Source: Hypanus sabinus (Eukaryota). Taken from it: a DNA stretch of 64,000 nt. The notes beneath the pieces are model-generated. The model was not told the origin of the DNA. It worked only from the letters and a program-made list of their open reading frames with translations, and did not search any database. Shown here piece after piece: positions 25,701-37,640 of the stretch (positions within the stretch are counted from its first letter, which is position 1; every line of letters starts with the position of its first letter). The position numbers and the translations under genes are program-made. Location of the stretch: contig NC_082715.1 in NCBI RefSeq assembly GCF_030144855.1, positions 31,620,001-31,684,000 on the forward strand, written 5' to 3'.

Positions 25701-28470
25701 ACCTGTGACAGCCCTCCATAACACCCACAACCTTTGTGTCATCAGCAAATTTACTAACCCATCCCTCCACTTCCACATCCAGGTCATCTGTAAAAATCAC
25801 AAAGTGTAGGGGTCCTAGAACAGATCCCTGAGGCACACCACTAGTCACCGATCTCCATGCAGAATATGGCCCATCTACAACCACTCTTTGCCTTCTGTAG
25901 GCAAGCCAGTTCTGGATCCATAAAGCAATGTCCCCTTGGATCCCATGCCTCCTTACTTTCTCAATAAGCTTTGCATGGGGTACCTTATCAACTGCCTTAC
26001 TGAAATCCATATACACCACATCTACGGCTCTACCTTCATCAAAGTGTTTAGTCACATCCTCAAAAAATTCAATGCTCATAAGGCGCAACCTGCCTTTGAC
26101 AAAGCCAAGCTGACTGTTCCTAATTATATTATGCCTCTCCAAATGTTCATAAATCCCGCTCCTCAGGATCTTCTCCATCAGATTACTAACCACTTTAGTA
26201 AGATTCACTGGTTTTAATTTGCTGGACTATCTCTACACCCTTTCTTGAATAAGGGAACAACATCTGCAACTCTCCAATCCTCTAGAACCTCTCCCGTCCA
26301 CATTGATGACACAAAGATCATTGCCAGAGGCTCAGCAACCTGCTCCCTCGCCCCCCACAGTAGCCTGAGGTACATCCTGTTTGGACCCAGTGACTTATCC
26401 AACTTGATGCTTTCCAAAAGCTCCAGCACATCCTCTTCCTTAATATCTAAATCCTCAAGCTTTTCAGTCCACTGTAAGTCATCACTACAATTGCCAAGGT
26501 CCATTTCCATGCGAATACCGAAGCAAAGTACTCACTATGTAACTCTGCTATCTCCTCTGGCTCCATACACACTTTTCCACTGTCACACTTGATTGGTCCT
26601 ATTTTCTCACATCTTATCCTCTTGCTCTTCACGTAGTTGCAGAATGCCTTGGGGTTTTCCTTAATCCTGTTCGCCAAGGCCTTCTCATGGCTCCTTCTGG
26701 CTCAGCTAATTTCATGCTTAAACTCCTTCCTGCTGGCCTTATGATCCTCTAGATCTCTATTATTACCTAGTTTTTTGAACCTTTTGTAAGCTTTTCTTCT
26801 TGACTAGATTTACAACAGCCTTTGTACACCACAGTTCCTGTACCCTACCATCCTTTTCCTGTCTCATTGAAACGTACCTACGCAGAACTCCATGCAAATA
26901 TCCCCTGAATATTTGCCACATTTCTTCTGTACGTTTCCCTGAGAATTTTTTTCCAATTTATGCTTCCAAGTTCCTGCCTGATAGCCTCATATTTCCCCTT
27001 ACTCCAAATAAACACCTTCCTAACTTGACTGTTCCTATCCCTCTCCAGTGCTATGGTAAAGGAGATAGAATTGTGATCACTATCTCCAAAATGTTCTCCC
27101 ACTGGGAGATCTGACACCTGACCAGGTTCATTTCCCAATACCAGATCAAGTACAGCCTCTCCTCTTGTAGGCTTATCTACATATTGTGTCAAGAACCTTC
27201 CTGGACACACTTAACGAACTCCACCCCATCTAAACCCCTCACTCTAGGGAGATGCCAATTGATATTTGGGAAATTAAAATCTCCCACCACAACAACCCTG
27301 TTATTGTTACACCTTTCCAGAATCTGTCTCCCTATCTGCTCCTCGATGTCCGTTACTATTGTTTATAAAAAAAACCTAGTAGTTATTAACCCCTTCCTGT
27401 TCCTAACTTCCACCGATAGAGACTCTGTACTCAATCCTTCCATAACTTCCTCCTTTTCTGCAGCCGTGACATTATCTCTGATCAACAGCTCCACACTCCT
27501 ATCTTTTAGCCTCCCTCCCTGTCCTTTCTGAAACACCTGAAGCCTGGCACTCGAAGTAACCATTCCTGCCCGAGCCATCCAAGTCTCTGTAATGGGAAAA
27601 ACATCATAGCTCCAAGTACTGATCCACGCTATAAGCTCATCTGCTTTGCTCATAATACTCTGCATTAAAATAGACACATCTCAAACCATCGATCTGAGCG
27701 CATCCCTTCTCTATCACCTGCATAACCTCCCCCTTGCACTATCTCCAAGCTTTCTCAATTTTGGTTCACAATGTCCAATCCAGAATAGCTGATCCCCTCG
27801 TGGGTCAACCACCAGTTGTTCTAAAAAGCCATCATGTAGGTACTCAAGAAATTGCTCTCTGGAATCCTGAACCAAGCTGATTTTCCCAATATTGAAGTCC
27901 CCCATGACTATTGTATGACCTTTTGGCATGCAGTTTCTACCTTCCGTTGTCATTTGTCAACTTCATCCTTAATACTGTTTGGGGGCCTGTATACATCTCA
28001 CATCAGGGTCATTTTACCCTTACAGATCCTTAGCTCTATCCACAATGATTTAACGCCTTCTGACCCTATGTCACCTCTTTCTAATGATTTGATTTCATTT
28101 TTTTTTTTACCAACAGAGCAAACCTCCCCTCTTTGTTTTCCTGGCTATCCTTTTGATACAATATTTATCTTTGGACATTGAGCTCCCAGCTATAATCTTT
28201 CAGCCACGTCCAGCTTTCCCTTCCCATAAAACAGCCGCAAAGCTCTGCTTTTTAAATGTTGAACATGGACCTGACCAAAAGGTTGCTCTTTCTACACACT
28301 CCCTCTTGCTGAATGGTCGCTCAACTCAGAGAAACTGCTGCAGAGCTCTGCTTCATACATCTTTAAACCCAGACTTGACTTACAAGCAGCTCTCGTTCAC
28401 ACTGCCCCTTGCAAATTGGTTGCTCCTTAACTCAGAGAAACTGCCGCGAAGCTCTGCCTTTAAAATCTCG
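22800..28470 (-). mobile_element. Older CR1 LINE (parts about 22800-24840 and 27750-28470) hosting a younger CR1
   Basis: FADNMKIGG, FQKAFDKVP and IVMGDFN motifs; tandem 5' UTR-like units (aactcagagaaactgc at about 28323 and 28429); homologous to the 55.4-61.9 kb element. Confidence 0.85.
24851..27740 (-). mobile_element. Younger CR1 LINE (APE and RT), nested
   Basis: ORFs 25444..26208 (RT), 26878..27210 (LDLVL, GDSDH endonuclease) and 27363..27677 (ITETW); (catagaaa) tail at 24851-24868. Confidence 0.92.
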
Positions 28471-28471
28471 A

Positions 28472-29327
28472 TCACTGTACTGTTCGCGGGGAGAAGGGAG
28501 AAGTTAAACACGACCGGAATACAGCAAAACTCGAAGCGGGTTCCTTATGTCCAATTTAGTTTTCACAGCTCATGGCCTCTGTCCCGCTTACTCACGTTTT
28601 TTTCCGCTGAAAAAACTCAGCGGGTTTGTCTTTAAGCGCTGGGTGCTTGGACTCAGGGTACCGAAGCAGTTTTGAGACATTGCCTCATTAGACAGCCTCC
28701 GGGCCCGCCGCCAGATGCCTTGGCCAGGTGCGGCTGGGGTGAGAGGGCAAGGTCAGTCAGGGCCGGAGGTCGCAGTCCGGAGCGAGCGGCCGACAGGACG
28801 CCCGCCCGCCCGCCCGCCTTGCAGGATCTGTCGGCCGACAAAAGTTTGTTTCAGTAGATCGCAGCGCGGTAGCTGCTCTGATACTTACGAAGCGCTAAGC
28901 CCGAATTAGGTCGCCTGCGAATATTTTAGCACCGGGTTCCCCATGAACATTCGGTATGGTAAACAGGTTCAGAGGCAGCGATGGCACTTCCCGCCGGCCG
29001 CCCGAGGCCAAACAGTGATCCCTGGCGCGAGGGTTTCACTGCGGTTAGGCGACTCGCGTGGGTTCAACAGTGAGCGTGACCGGGACCGAGGAAAGGTGCA
29101 GCTGACTCATATCGTTTCCTCCTGGCCCGGTGGTTGGGGACCACTAAATTACACCGAGCAGTTGGGGGGTGGGGACAGCTATACGCGTGCACACTGGGCA
29201 GAAAGAACGGAACTAAAACCCCGCAACCCGGAAATAATCTCTCTACAGTATTTGTGTATTTATTTCTTTTTTTCGGGATAATCTGGGAAAGTCTCAAAGA
29301 TCGACTAGTCATTCGTTGGCGACCACT
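28472..29327. mobile_element. GC/CpG-rich non-autonomous hAT-like element(s) carrying a 28S-derived segment
   Basis: hAT/Charlie-type termini ggttggggaccacta (about 29132-29146) and gttggcgaccacta (about 29315-29328); left end not identified. Confidence 0.5.
28837..29052 (-). pseudogene. Diverged fragment of the 28S rRNA 3' end
   Basis: gacaaaag...tttcagtagatcgcagcgcggtagctgctctgatacttacgaa...aggtcgcctgcgaatattttagcaccgggttccccatgaac...cccgaggccaa aligns by eye to the reverse complement of the vertebrate 28S 3' terminus (tttcaatagatcgcagcgagggagctgctctgctacgtacgaa...aggtcgtctacgaatggtttagcgccaggttccccacgaac...tccgaggccaa), with substitutions and deletions. Confidence 0.85.
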
Positions 29328-29569
29328 AAGTTAACGTTTATGTATAGGCTAAGAAGTGACACAGTATTTTGGTTAAGCAATGAAAATCTCCAACAAGAGA
29401 ATTTAACTAGCTGCTCTTGACATTCAATGACAATACCTCATTGAGTTCCCCCATCATCAACATCCTGGTGAGCAATAGTAATCAGATATTGAGAATCTTG
29501 CCACAACCATCACTTTCTACCACTTAAAAGACTGAATCTGGAGTGTGACAATCAGAATTCCTTCTAGCC

Positions 29570-29649
29570 CGGGTGTTCCCAACCAGGGGTCCATGGACCC
29601 CTTGCTTAATGATATTGGTCTATTGCATAAACAAAGTTGGGTACCCCTG
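29570..29649. mobile_element. 80-bp hAT/Charlie-type MITE
   Basis: Ends cgggtgttcccaac / gttgggtacccctg; flanking 8-mers ttctagcc / ctctagac fit the NTCTAGAN target. Confidence 0.7.
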
Positions 29650-30244
29650 CTCTAGACTAGATGACTCATCTCCAATGGTATTCACTAAACTTCATGATAC
29701 CCAAAAGAAAGCACCTCATTTAATTGGCACCCCTTCCAGGACCCTAAACGTGTCATTTTTTCTGTCACCTACACAAAGTGGCTGCAGCGTGTAACATTTA
29801 GATATAATCAATTGATCAACTATATACTCTAGCAATAGTACCCAAACTAGTTCCAAAATCTAAAGACAAAGGCAGCAGAAACAAAGACACCATCACCTAT
29901 GCATTTCCCTCATAATTTCATAAGTATTACTGTACCTTCAATAATTACTGATCTAAATCCTAGAATTCCTCCTTCCTAGGATTGGGAGAGACCCTTAAAC
30001 AGAAGGATTGTAGTGATTCAAGATGGGGGCTAATTATCACTTTCTAAAGGCAATTTATAGGCCAGCTAGGCCACATCCTTAAAAAATAAAATTAAAAAAG
30101 GTGTTCCTAGACTTTACTTTCTTTCTGGGAAGGATTTGGGCATGCAAGCTCCTTCTTTAGAGTAGAAGCACCATACTGAATTTGCCACCAAAGAACAAAC
30201 TGCCTGTTGCAAACTCTCTGAGTTATGGGCATTTAGAGGTACCA

Positions 30245-30456
30245 TGTGGCGACCCACTTTCTGCGCAGGCGAAACGGCTCACAAATAGCCAGCGCGCGGG
30301 GAGAGACTTTGGTAATGCCCCTCTGACGTCATTTCCGCCCGGAGAGGGTGGGCACTAGGGATTAAATGCCAGCACCGCGAAATTTGAATAAACTAGTCTC
30401 GAAATGACTTGCCGACTGTGTGTAGTCTCTAGCTCTGTATGTAGTACATCGCTACA
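30245..30456 (+). mobile_element. Solo LTR, 212 bp, 4-bp TSD
   Basis: tgtggcga...tcgctaca termini; TSD acca at 30241-30244 and 30457-30460; aataaa inside; CpGs retained. Confidence 0.85.
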
Positions 30457-31990
30457 ACCACACATTTTCATGGCACTCTCAAAACAACAGCCTTTCTAAT
30501 CAATCAATTATCTAATTTGCTATTTATATTACTTTATAAATTAGTTGGACTTCTCACAGCAGTGGCCACAATGATAAAAAAAATCACTGGCTCCAAAGTG
30601 ATCAGTAGCTGCATTTCAGAATTAATCTTCAGGCTCTATAGTATTTTAGGAAGTTCTGAGTTAGATAAATACACTTTATATGTATAAATCTTTACCTCTA
30701 GAAAGCAGAAGGGATCTTATGAAAACAGACTTTTAGCATTGACTTTTATTATTTTTGTGAAAAATATGTTTGCATTGAGATAAGCCATTTATCTGCATGT
30801 TTCCAAAATAATCAAAATGATTGCACCATTTACAATAATCCTGCAGAATATTAAGAATGTAAAAGACAGTATGAAAAGACTTACATTTAAAAACAGCACT
30901 AATATTGAAATCATTTTACTCAAAACATTTTAATAAATTGTTCTCAAAAGCTGGTATAGTACAAATACCACCTTTTGATGGAACTGAAGCAATAAACAAT
31001 CGATACATTGTAATTCAAAGTTAATGTGAGGTACAGTCAAAGTACAGGGCTAGATCATACTGCTCTCTAGCTGATAACTTACAAGAGAAATGCGAATGAA
31101 CACCATCACTTGGACTATCTTATTCCTGATTTCTATGCTTGAGTATTACGATGTCGATACCGAGTTGGAGGTCAAATGCTGTGACATACAACATCACACT
31201 TCACCACGCAGTTGTTTCTGTTATTCAAGTTTACACCAAACAGCACAGCCACCTTCATCTTGTTGGAGTCACCAAACTAGATGAGCGAATTATTTTACTC
31301 ATCTTTGTTTCCATTAGTTTAATGATTGAGTACTGAATTTAATTTGATTTTTTAAAAAAATTTCAGAACTATTTCAATTATTCTTAAATGTATCACATCC
31401 TCAGGCAGGGTTCACTAACTGAGGTCCAGGGATTGTTCTGTATTACAGATGCTCCCTAGGAAGCCGTTGATTCAAGGGGTCTCAAAAAGTCTACCTGGAG
31501 GAATAATGCAGGTTGAAGTACTAACAAAAGAAATGGGTACGTTTGAGTGCAATTTGTCCAAGTCTATTTCATGACAAATATAAAAAAGGGAAGACCAGAG
31601 GATTATATCACACTTGAACTCAGCTTTCAATTACAGAAGCTGTTTCATTTGGAACTTCTATTTTAACCAGCAGATAATTATTGAGGACAGTTACCTGTAT
31701 TCCTTTTTGCACAGAATCAAAAGGTTGCTAATTTACATAGCACATTTTCCCCAATTTACTTTTCAAATATGAGACAGCAGTAGTTTTGAATATTAAAGAA
31801 GCTTTTACCCCAATTAGAACTTACACCAAAAGGTTTTTTTTGTTCCAAGGTTTGCCCACATAAATAAATGTCAATGTGCTAGAATATACAACACATCTAA
31901 AACTGCTTTGGCAGATGCTGTATTGGAATTGGTGATATGCTGTATATCTCCAATGCATAGCCAGCATGATCACATATGTACATAACCACA

Positions 31991-32758
31991 CTATTTCAAA
32001 TCTTTGTCTAATGTCATAATAAAATTGTTTATTTTCTCTTTCATTTTCTCGTCAATGAACTTCTTGAATTGTTCCCATTCCTGTAACCGGTCATGCTTCT
32101 GTTTCTCCACTTCTTTTTGATAAATACTATCGATGCTGGCCATACGACGCAGTTCTTTGTGTGTCAAACACTGGATATCACCATCATCTGCATTTCTTCC
32201 CAAGGACATGGTTGACTTAGACCTTCTGAAACAAGATGACCCTGAAGCAATTTCATTAACAGAGGAGGGCATGTGAGATCTTTTCTTCATATATTGTTTC
32301 CCCACAAGCCTTGCATCAAATTCATCTCGAACATAAGAGTTCGGACTGGTTCTGCCATTTAATCCAGCCCAAGTACCCAACAAATTTACATGTTGCTGTC
32401 CAGATTGTAAATTATTTTGTGTTGACGCAGCCATTTTACTCCTTCCAGTAAACAAAGGATTCATTTTAACACCCTTTGAATCCCAGTCTGAATTTGTCTC
32501 TTCTTTGTCTCCCCTGCTTGCGGCTTTTAATTGCACAATTAAATCATCTAATTTAAATTTCTGGAGTATTGATTTTTGTCTCAGCATATTGTGAAGTTCC
32601 TCTGTTACAGTTGTACTTTCTTGCTGCAATGATGACAGAGCAATGCAATGGCCACGGTACAGATGGTCCAGTCTATTGTGCAGGAACATATCTTCCTTTT
32701 TGTTTCTCAAGTGAGCATCCACTGTTGGCAATGGGGAGCTCTTTGCTGACTTGCTCAT
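31991..32758 (-). CDS. Uncharacterised coiled-coil protein (255 aa from ATG 32758; 276 aa if started at ATG 34481 through exon 34471-34488 spliced to 32810)
   Basis: Longest ORF in the window with no TE motifs. Helical N- and C-terminal blocks around a Ser/Gly/Asn-rich linker; splice acceptor aatattttag|32810 upstream; candidate minus-strand AATAAA at 30745-30750. Confidence 0.75.
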   Translation of the reverse strand: MSKSAKSSPLPTVDAHLRNKKEDMFLHNRLDHLYRGHCIALSSLQQESTTVTEELHNMLRQKSILQKFKLDDLIVQLKAASRGDKEETNSDWDSKGVKMNPLFTGRSKMAASTQNNLQSGQQHVNLLGTWAGLNGRTSPNSYVRDEFDARLVGKQYMKKRSHMPSSVNEIASGSSCFRRSKSTMSLGRNADDGDIQCLTHKELRRMASIDSIYQKEVEKQKHDRLQEWEQFKKFIDEKMKEKINNFIMTLDKDLK

Positions 32759-33369
32759 AATTGTATTATGGGTGGACTTTATTTCCCAGCAGACCACTTG
32801 ATTTGCTGAGCTAAAATATTAGTGCTGATGATAAAAGAATATATGTTAATTATGCATGCTTTGTTTGGGTATAAAAACATTGAAAGCTTAACTCTTTTGG
32901 CTAAACTATTTTTACTTTCAACATCTTTCATAGCATTCATTAATGTGACTATTGATATTTTAGTAATAGTGACAACTGTAAATGCGCAATGCCCTTGTCT
33001 CTCAAACCTCCCAAGTTGCTTCTTGATGTTTGATTAAATGCTCCCTCAGTAGCAAAGTGACTCTCACCTCCCCCTAGCAAAAGGCTCTCTTCTCCATCTT
33101 TACACCTTGGCTCTGACAAGATCTGAAGCTTTTATATAGCACTGTCCACAACACCTTTCAATTATTTATCTATCCAATTAGATTTATTTTGAAGCTATAT
33201 CATTTATAATATCCCCTCACTCATTGTATATTATCACCTATAAACAAAACTGCATCATCTCCATTGGACAATGAGTGCATCAAAACACTAATGGACAGTA
33301 GTAAATGCAACAGGTGAGAATGAGGTCAGATAGGACTTTTACTTATCATTTGTGAGATAGTTGTAATAT

Positions 33370-33615
33370 TCTTAGCTCTGTGGGTTTAAGGCCCACTCAA
33401 AAACACAAAAATCTTGGTGCCATCTTGCCATCTTTTGGATGAGACATTAAACCAAAGTTGATTGCTCTCAGTGGTGGAAGTACAGGGTGCTATGGATAGT
33501 TTCTAGGAAGGACAGTCAGGTCCTGTTCAATCATATTCCTTGCTCAGCAGTTAAAAAATAGATTATTATACTACAGATCGTTGTGAGCATATTGACTTCT
33601 GAGCTTCCTAAAAAA
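33370..33615 (+). mobile_element. Deu-domain SINE remnant (SacSINE1/AmnSINE1-like)
   Basis: gccatcttttggatgagacattaaaccaaag...tgctctc resembles the recalled Deu core GGATGAGACGTTAAACCGAGG...TGCTCTC. Confidence 0.6.
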
Positions 33616-35436
33616 GTAACTTCACTTCAGAAGGACTGCTATCACTGGTTCAAAATTCAAAGTAAATTCATTATCACAGTATGTACAGTATATTTCACAA
33701 TATACTACCTTGAGATTTATTTTCTTGCAGGCAATCACAGTAGAACACCAAAATACAATATAATCAATGAAAAAAATTCCTTACCTGCAAGTTCCCCTCT
33801 AAATCATTCTGTTTTGGAAGTGCACTGCCATTCCTTCACTGCCAAGCCCAAATCTTGGGACTCCCTAGCTAACAGCACCAAGGCCTGTCTTCATCAGAAG
33901 GACTGCAGTTATTCATAAAGGTAGCTTATTACCATCATCTCATGGTCCAGTTATGGACTGGCAATAATCACCCACTTCCCATAAATGACTAAAAAGTTAA
34001 ACTGAAAACCAAAGAAGAAGGCAAAGAAACTAATTTTCCCAGATGGGTGTTGCAATCTGTACTTTACTTTTCCAGATTTTGGTGGGAGGGGGAGAAGTGG
34101 AAGTCATTAATTAAAAGAAGCTATAGAAAGGGACAACCTTAATTAGGTCCTAAGGGATGATTACATTATTGGACATTGATATTTACTTTTATTTATCAAA
34201 TTCAATATTCATTAATCAGAATATTTGTTCTTGCTGTCCAATAAACCATAGTTCTAAACAAGGTTCTCAGAAGAATAACAATATGCAGGTATCTTACAAT
34301 ATGAAAGTTAACTTTCACAACTGAACTATGATGTACCACAGTATCAGAACAAATTTGCAACTGCTCATACTGAGAATTACTTTCTGGAATATTTTCTGAC
34401 AATATACACTTACAGATGCAGTAATTATATATTTTCAATATAACACGTTAAATTTTGCAAAAATGCTTACCTCTGACCCATAACTCTCCTGATAAAAACC
34501 ATTTAAGATAATTAATGTAACTACCTTCCATATATAATTGAATTTAAGTTTAAATAACTTGTTTCATTTCGGAACTGTGCATTCAATGCACATGACTAGG
34601 AACTTTTCTCTGCACTAGAAGCTTTAAATCCTTGCTGAGCCAATCTGGCAATTCCCATTAACCCTTGCATAATCGTGCTCCTGAGATTCAGGAACACCAG
34701 TAATTCTGAATCAGTTCATGAACAAAAGTACAATGAGAATAAATTGCCATACATTTCCAAATTGATTTGTCTTTGGAGTTTGACAAGATTCATTTTGTAA
34801 AAACAGTTAAAACTCTTTAAAATGATGTAAAATATTTATTGATCTCCAAAAGGTAAGCAATGTGTTAACGTTTTTGTTTCAGTTTGTCACTATAGTAATG
34901 CTGCATTTAGCATTGCTAAATTCTCGGATTTAATCCATGCTATGTTTACTCCCAAATTGTTGGTTTCAGGTGTCTCTTTATAATGAAAATGAACAAAGCA
35001 TATTATGCTATATCTTCTTTTATTCAGCTTCTTGTATTTCATCCTTGTTTGTCAAGAACGAAATAGCTGAAAAGGTCAAGTGTTCAGCCTCAGCTTATGT
35101 ACCACCTTGTTGTATCATCGGTGGGTCTGCATGACTAGGCTTGCATGATAATTATTTGGCTAGTTGATGGGGGGGAATACCAACCATTGTGTATTAATTA
35201 CAAATTATGATATCACTTTACAATGTACGAGTTCAAATGGTCAAATATCTTTCTCTAAATCCAGTTTCCTGCATTACTCTTACTAACGGTAGTAGCCCAT
35301 ATATTTCTGAAAAAAGAGTATTTTCAGAATATGATCATACCAGATTTATTTAACTACCGTATATTACCACTTTAAATTGTTATTTTCTGTGTATTGGCTC
35401 TTAATTTATTTAAAATGTATCCTATCATTTTCTGAT

Positions 35437-35498
35437 AGATACCAGCATTTTGTGTGTGTTGTTTGAATTTCCAGCATCTGCAGATTTCCTCGTCTTTG
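35437..35498 (+). mobile_element. Tiny Penelope pLTR 3' insertion with 11-bp TSD
   Basis: cattttctgat at 35426-35436 and 35499-35509. Confidence 0.7.
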
Positions 35499-37379
35499 CA
35501 TTTTCTGATGGGTTTTTGTTGAGAGAAGTTTCTGTCAACTTATATAACTTAGACTACTACAGAAACTTCACGTGACCATTCTTTCCATATGAGACAAGGC
35601 AGAGGGACCTATCCAATCTGTTACTGCTACCAACCGAAAAAGAATCAATAAACTCTTTGGAGGGGCTGTTCTTGCAAATTCTTCATTCAACTTTCATCAG
35701 GCCTACAGTAGAAGGTTCCTTCCTTTTCTACTGGGATTCTTGTGTGTTCCTAATGCAATTAATAAAGGTGCTCAATTTCATCTAAAAAGTTCCTTTGACA
35801 TTTAAAACTCAAGATTTCCATAAGTCAACAAGAATTCTACAATTTCCCCCCAAGGGTTCTTAAAATAATTCTATCAGTCTTTTCCCTTGTCCACTTGGTA
35901 ACCTCTTGTTGTGACAGAGCTTGAATTAAGTCATGATTGAACCCTGGGTCATTGAAACATGAGGTGGCAGCTCCATTAACTGCACCACCCATGGTTGAGG
36001 AAAAAGATTGGGAAAAGTGTTGGGGTGCTGTGTCATCAGTCTGTACTGAGCTTGGATCTATTAGTTAAGATCACAAAAGACACACGTTGCAGATTAATTT
36101 ACAGGAGCAGCCAAATTTGAGACTATAAATGGATTAATTCAAAGACTTGTAAGATCAGAGAAATCCATGCATAGTGGTTGATGCTTCCTCTTTCCAAGAT
36201 GAGGTTGTGATTTTATAAGTGAAGATCCTAGAACTTCAGCAGGGATATCATCTGCTCGTGAGACATTGTTTTTAAGAAGGCACGTGGTCTTTTCAACTTA
36301 TTACTGATCATAAGGCCTGAAGGATGTTTTGCTACAGAATGGATTCAGTGGCACTCTTGGAGTATGCACTTAATTTGAACAGAATGGCTCATTAACAGCA
36401 TTTTAGCAGCATTCATGTGCACTAAATCAACCTGAGACTAAATTGAAATCTTAGATTTATATAATTAAAAAAGACAAGCCAGAAGTATGAATGGAATACT
36501 CTTCATTACCTGGATAGGTACAGCTCCAACACCACTCAAAAATCTGAATATCACAATGGCACAATATGACTGTGGTATCTGCCATCTACAAAATGCTTTA
36601 GTGCAAATGTCACCAGCCTTGACTACTCCCATAGCACCTACCAAATGCAAGATCCAGGTCATCAAGACAATCTTACAGGTTTGTTATCTTCAAGGATAGG
36701 GGAATTAGTTATATTGCATAGAATTTGTGGATCCAACTCACTATTGACATCAGCTGGATGTTTTGTAGGCTTTGGGAGTGAGTACACAAGGATGTCATGG
36801 ACCAACCACCATTCAGAAGAGGAGATCTTAATAGATCTCCAGTCATAATCAGAAGTATTATTTTGCTGTCACTTGTAACTTTATTCACAATAGAGATAGG
36901 TTAAAAATAATTTCTGTATTGAGAATGCCACTTCACAAATCAATCATATTCCCTCACTAATTTTCCTGTAACTTATTCCCCACACATTTCCATCCCTTGT
37001 ACACAAGGGGCAATTTACAGTAGCCTTTTAAACTTTCCATGTGCATGCATTTGACATGCGATGAATCCAGAACATCAATGGGTAGAGTGAATGTGCAAAC
37101 TCCACATGGACAGGATGGGGGGGAGGGAAGGTAGAGGACTCAGGTTTAAGTCAAGACTGCAGAAGCTGTGCAGGGTGTGCCACTATGCTGCCAAATAGTG
37201 TAAATATATATTCATGAACCAAGCTTATGTTTTTAAATGAGTTTTAAGAATATCAGTGAATTTTCACCATACATTTGATTGCTTCCATACTTCAGGGGAC
37301 TTCCAATTGTTCTCAGAAGAGATGACAACACCTCTTTGTTGATTTCTAAATGGTATTTCTGTTCGTATCAATTTGGGAA

Positions 37380-37640
37380 TGACAAAATCTTTTCTACCAT
37401 TTCACTGTGTCTATTGTCTTGTTTGTTAATTATTGTACTGTCTAGCACTGTTTTGTGCGCTTTATGTAGTCCCATGTAGGTCTGAAGTCTAATGTAGTTT
37501 TGTGTTGCTTCAGGTAGTCTAGTGTAGTTTTGTGTTGTTTCATGTAGCACCATGGTCCTGGAGGAACGTTATTTCGGTTTTACTGTGTACTGTACCAGCA
37601 GTTATGGTTGAAATGACAATAAAAGCGACTTGACTTGACA
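37380..37640 (+). mobile_element. LINE 3' UTR remnant with (gactt) tail
   Basis: aataaaagcgacttgacttgac terminus; internal 29-bp tandem duplication. Confidence 0.55.

Noticed and set aside
28200-28470. CRISPR-like spaced repeats (aactcagagaaactgc)
   Set aside because: Only 2-3 imperfect units in a CR1 5' UTR-like region; vertebrate context, no cas genes.
28153-28635. 160-aa plus-strand ORF and other ORFs at 28.6-29.3 kb
   Set aside because: They overlap CR1 antisense/5' UTR and GC-rich repeat sequence; no protein-like features.
28837-29052. Functional rRNA gene
   Set aside because: Only about 215 bp, diverged with deletions, and no 18S, 5.8S or remainder of 28S nearby.
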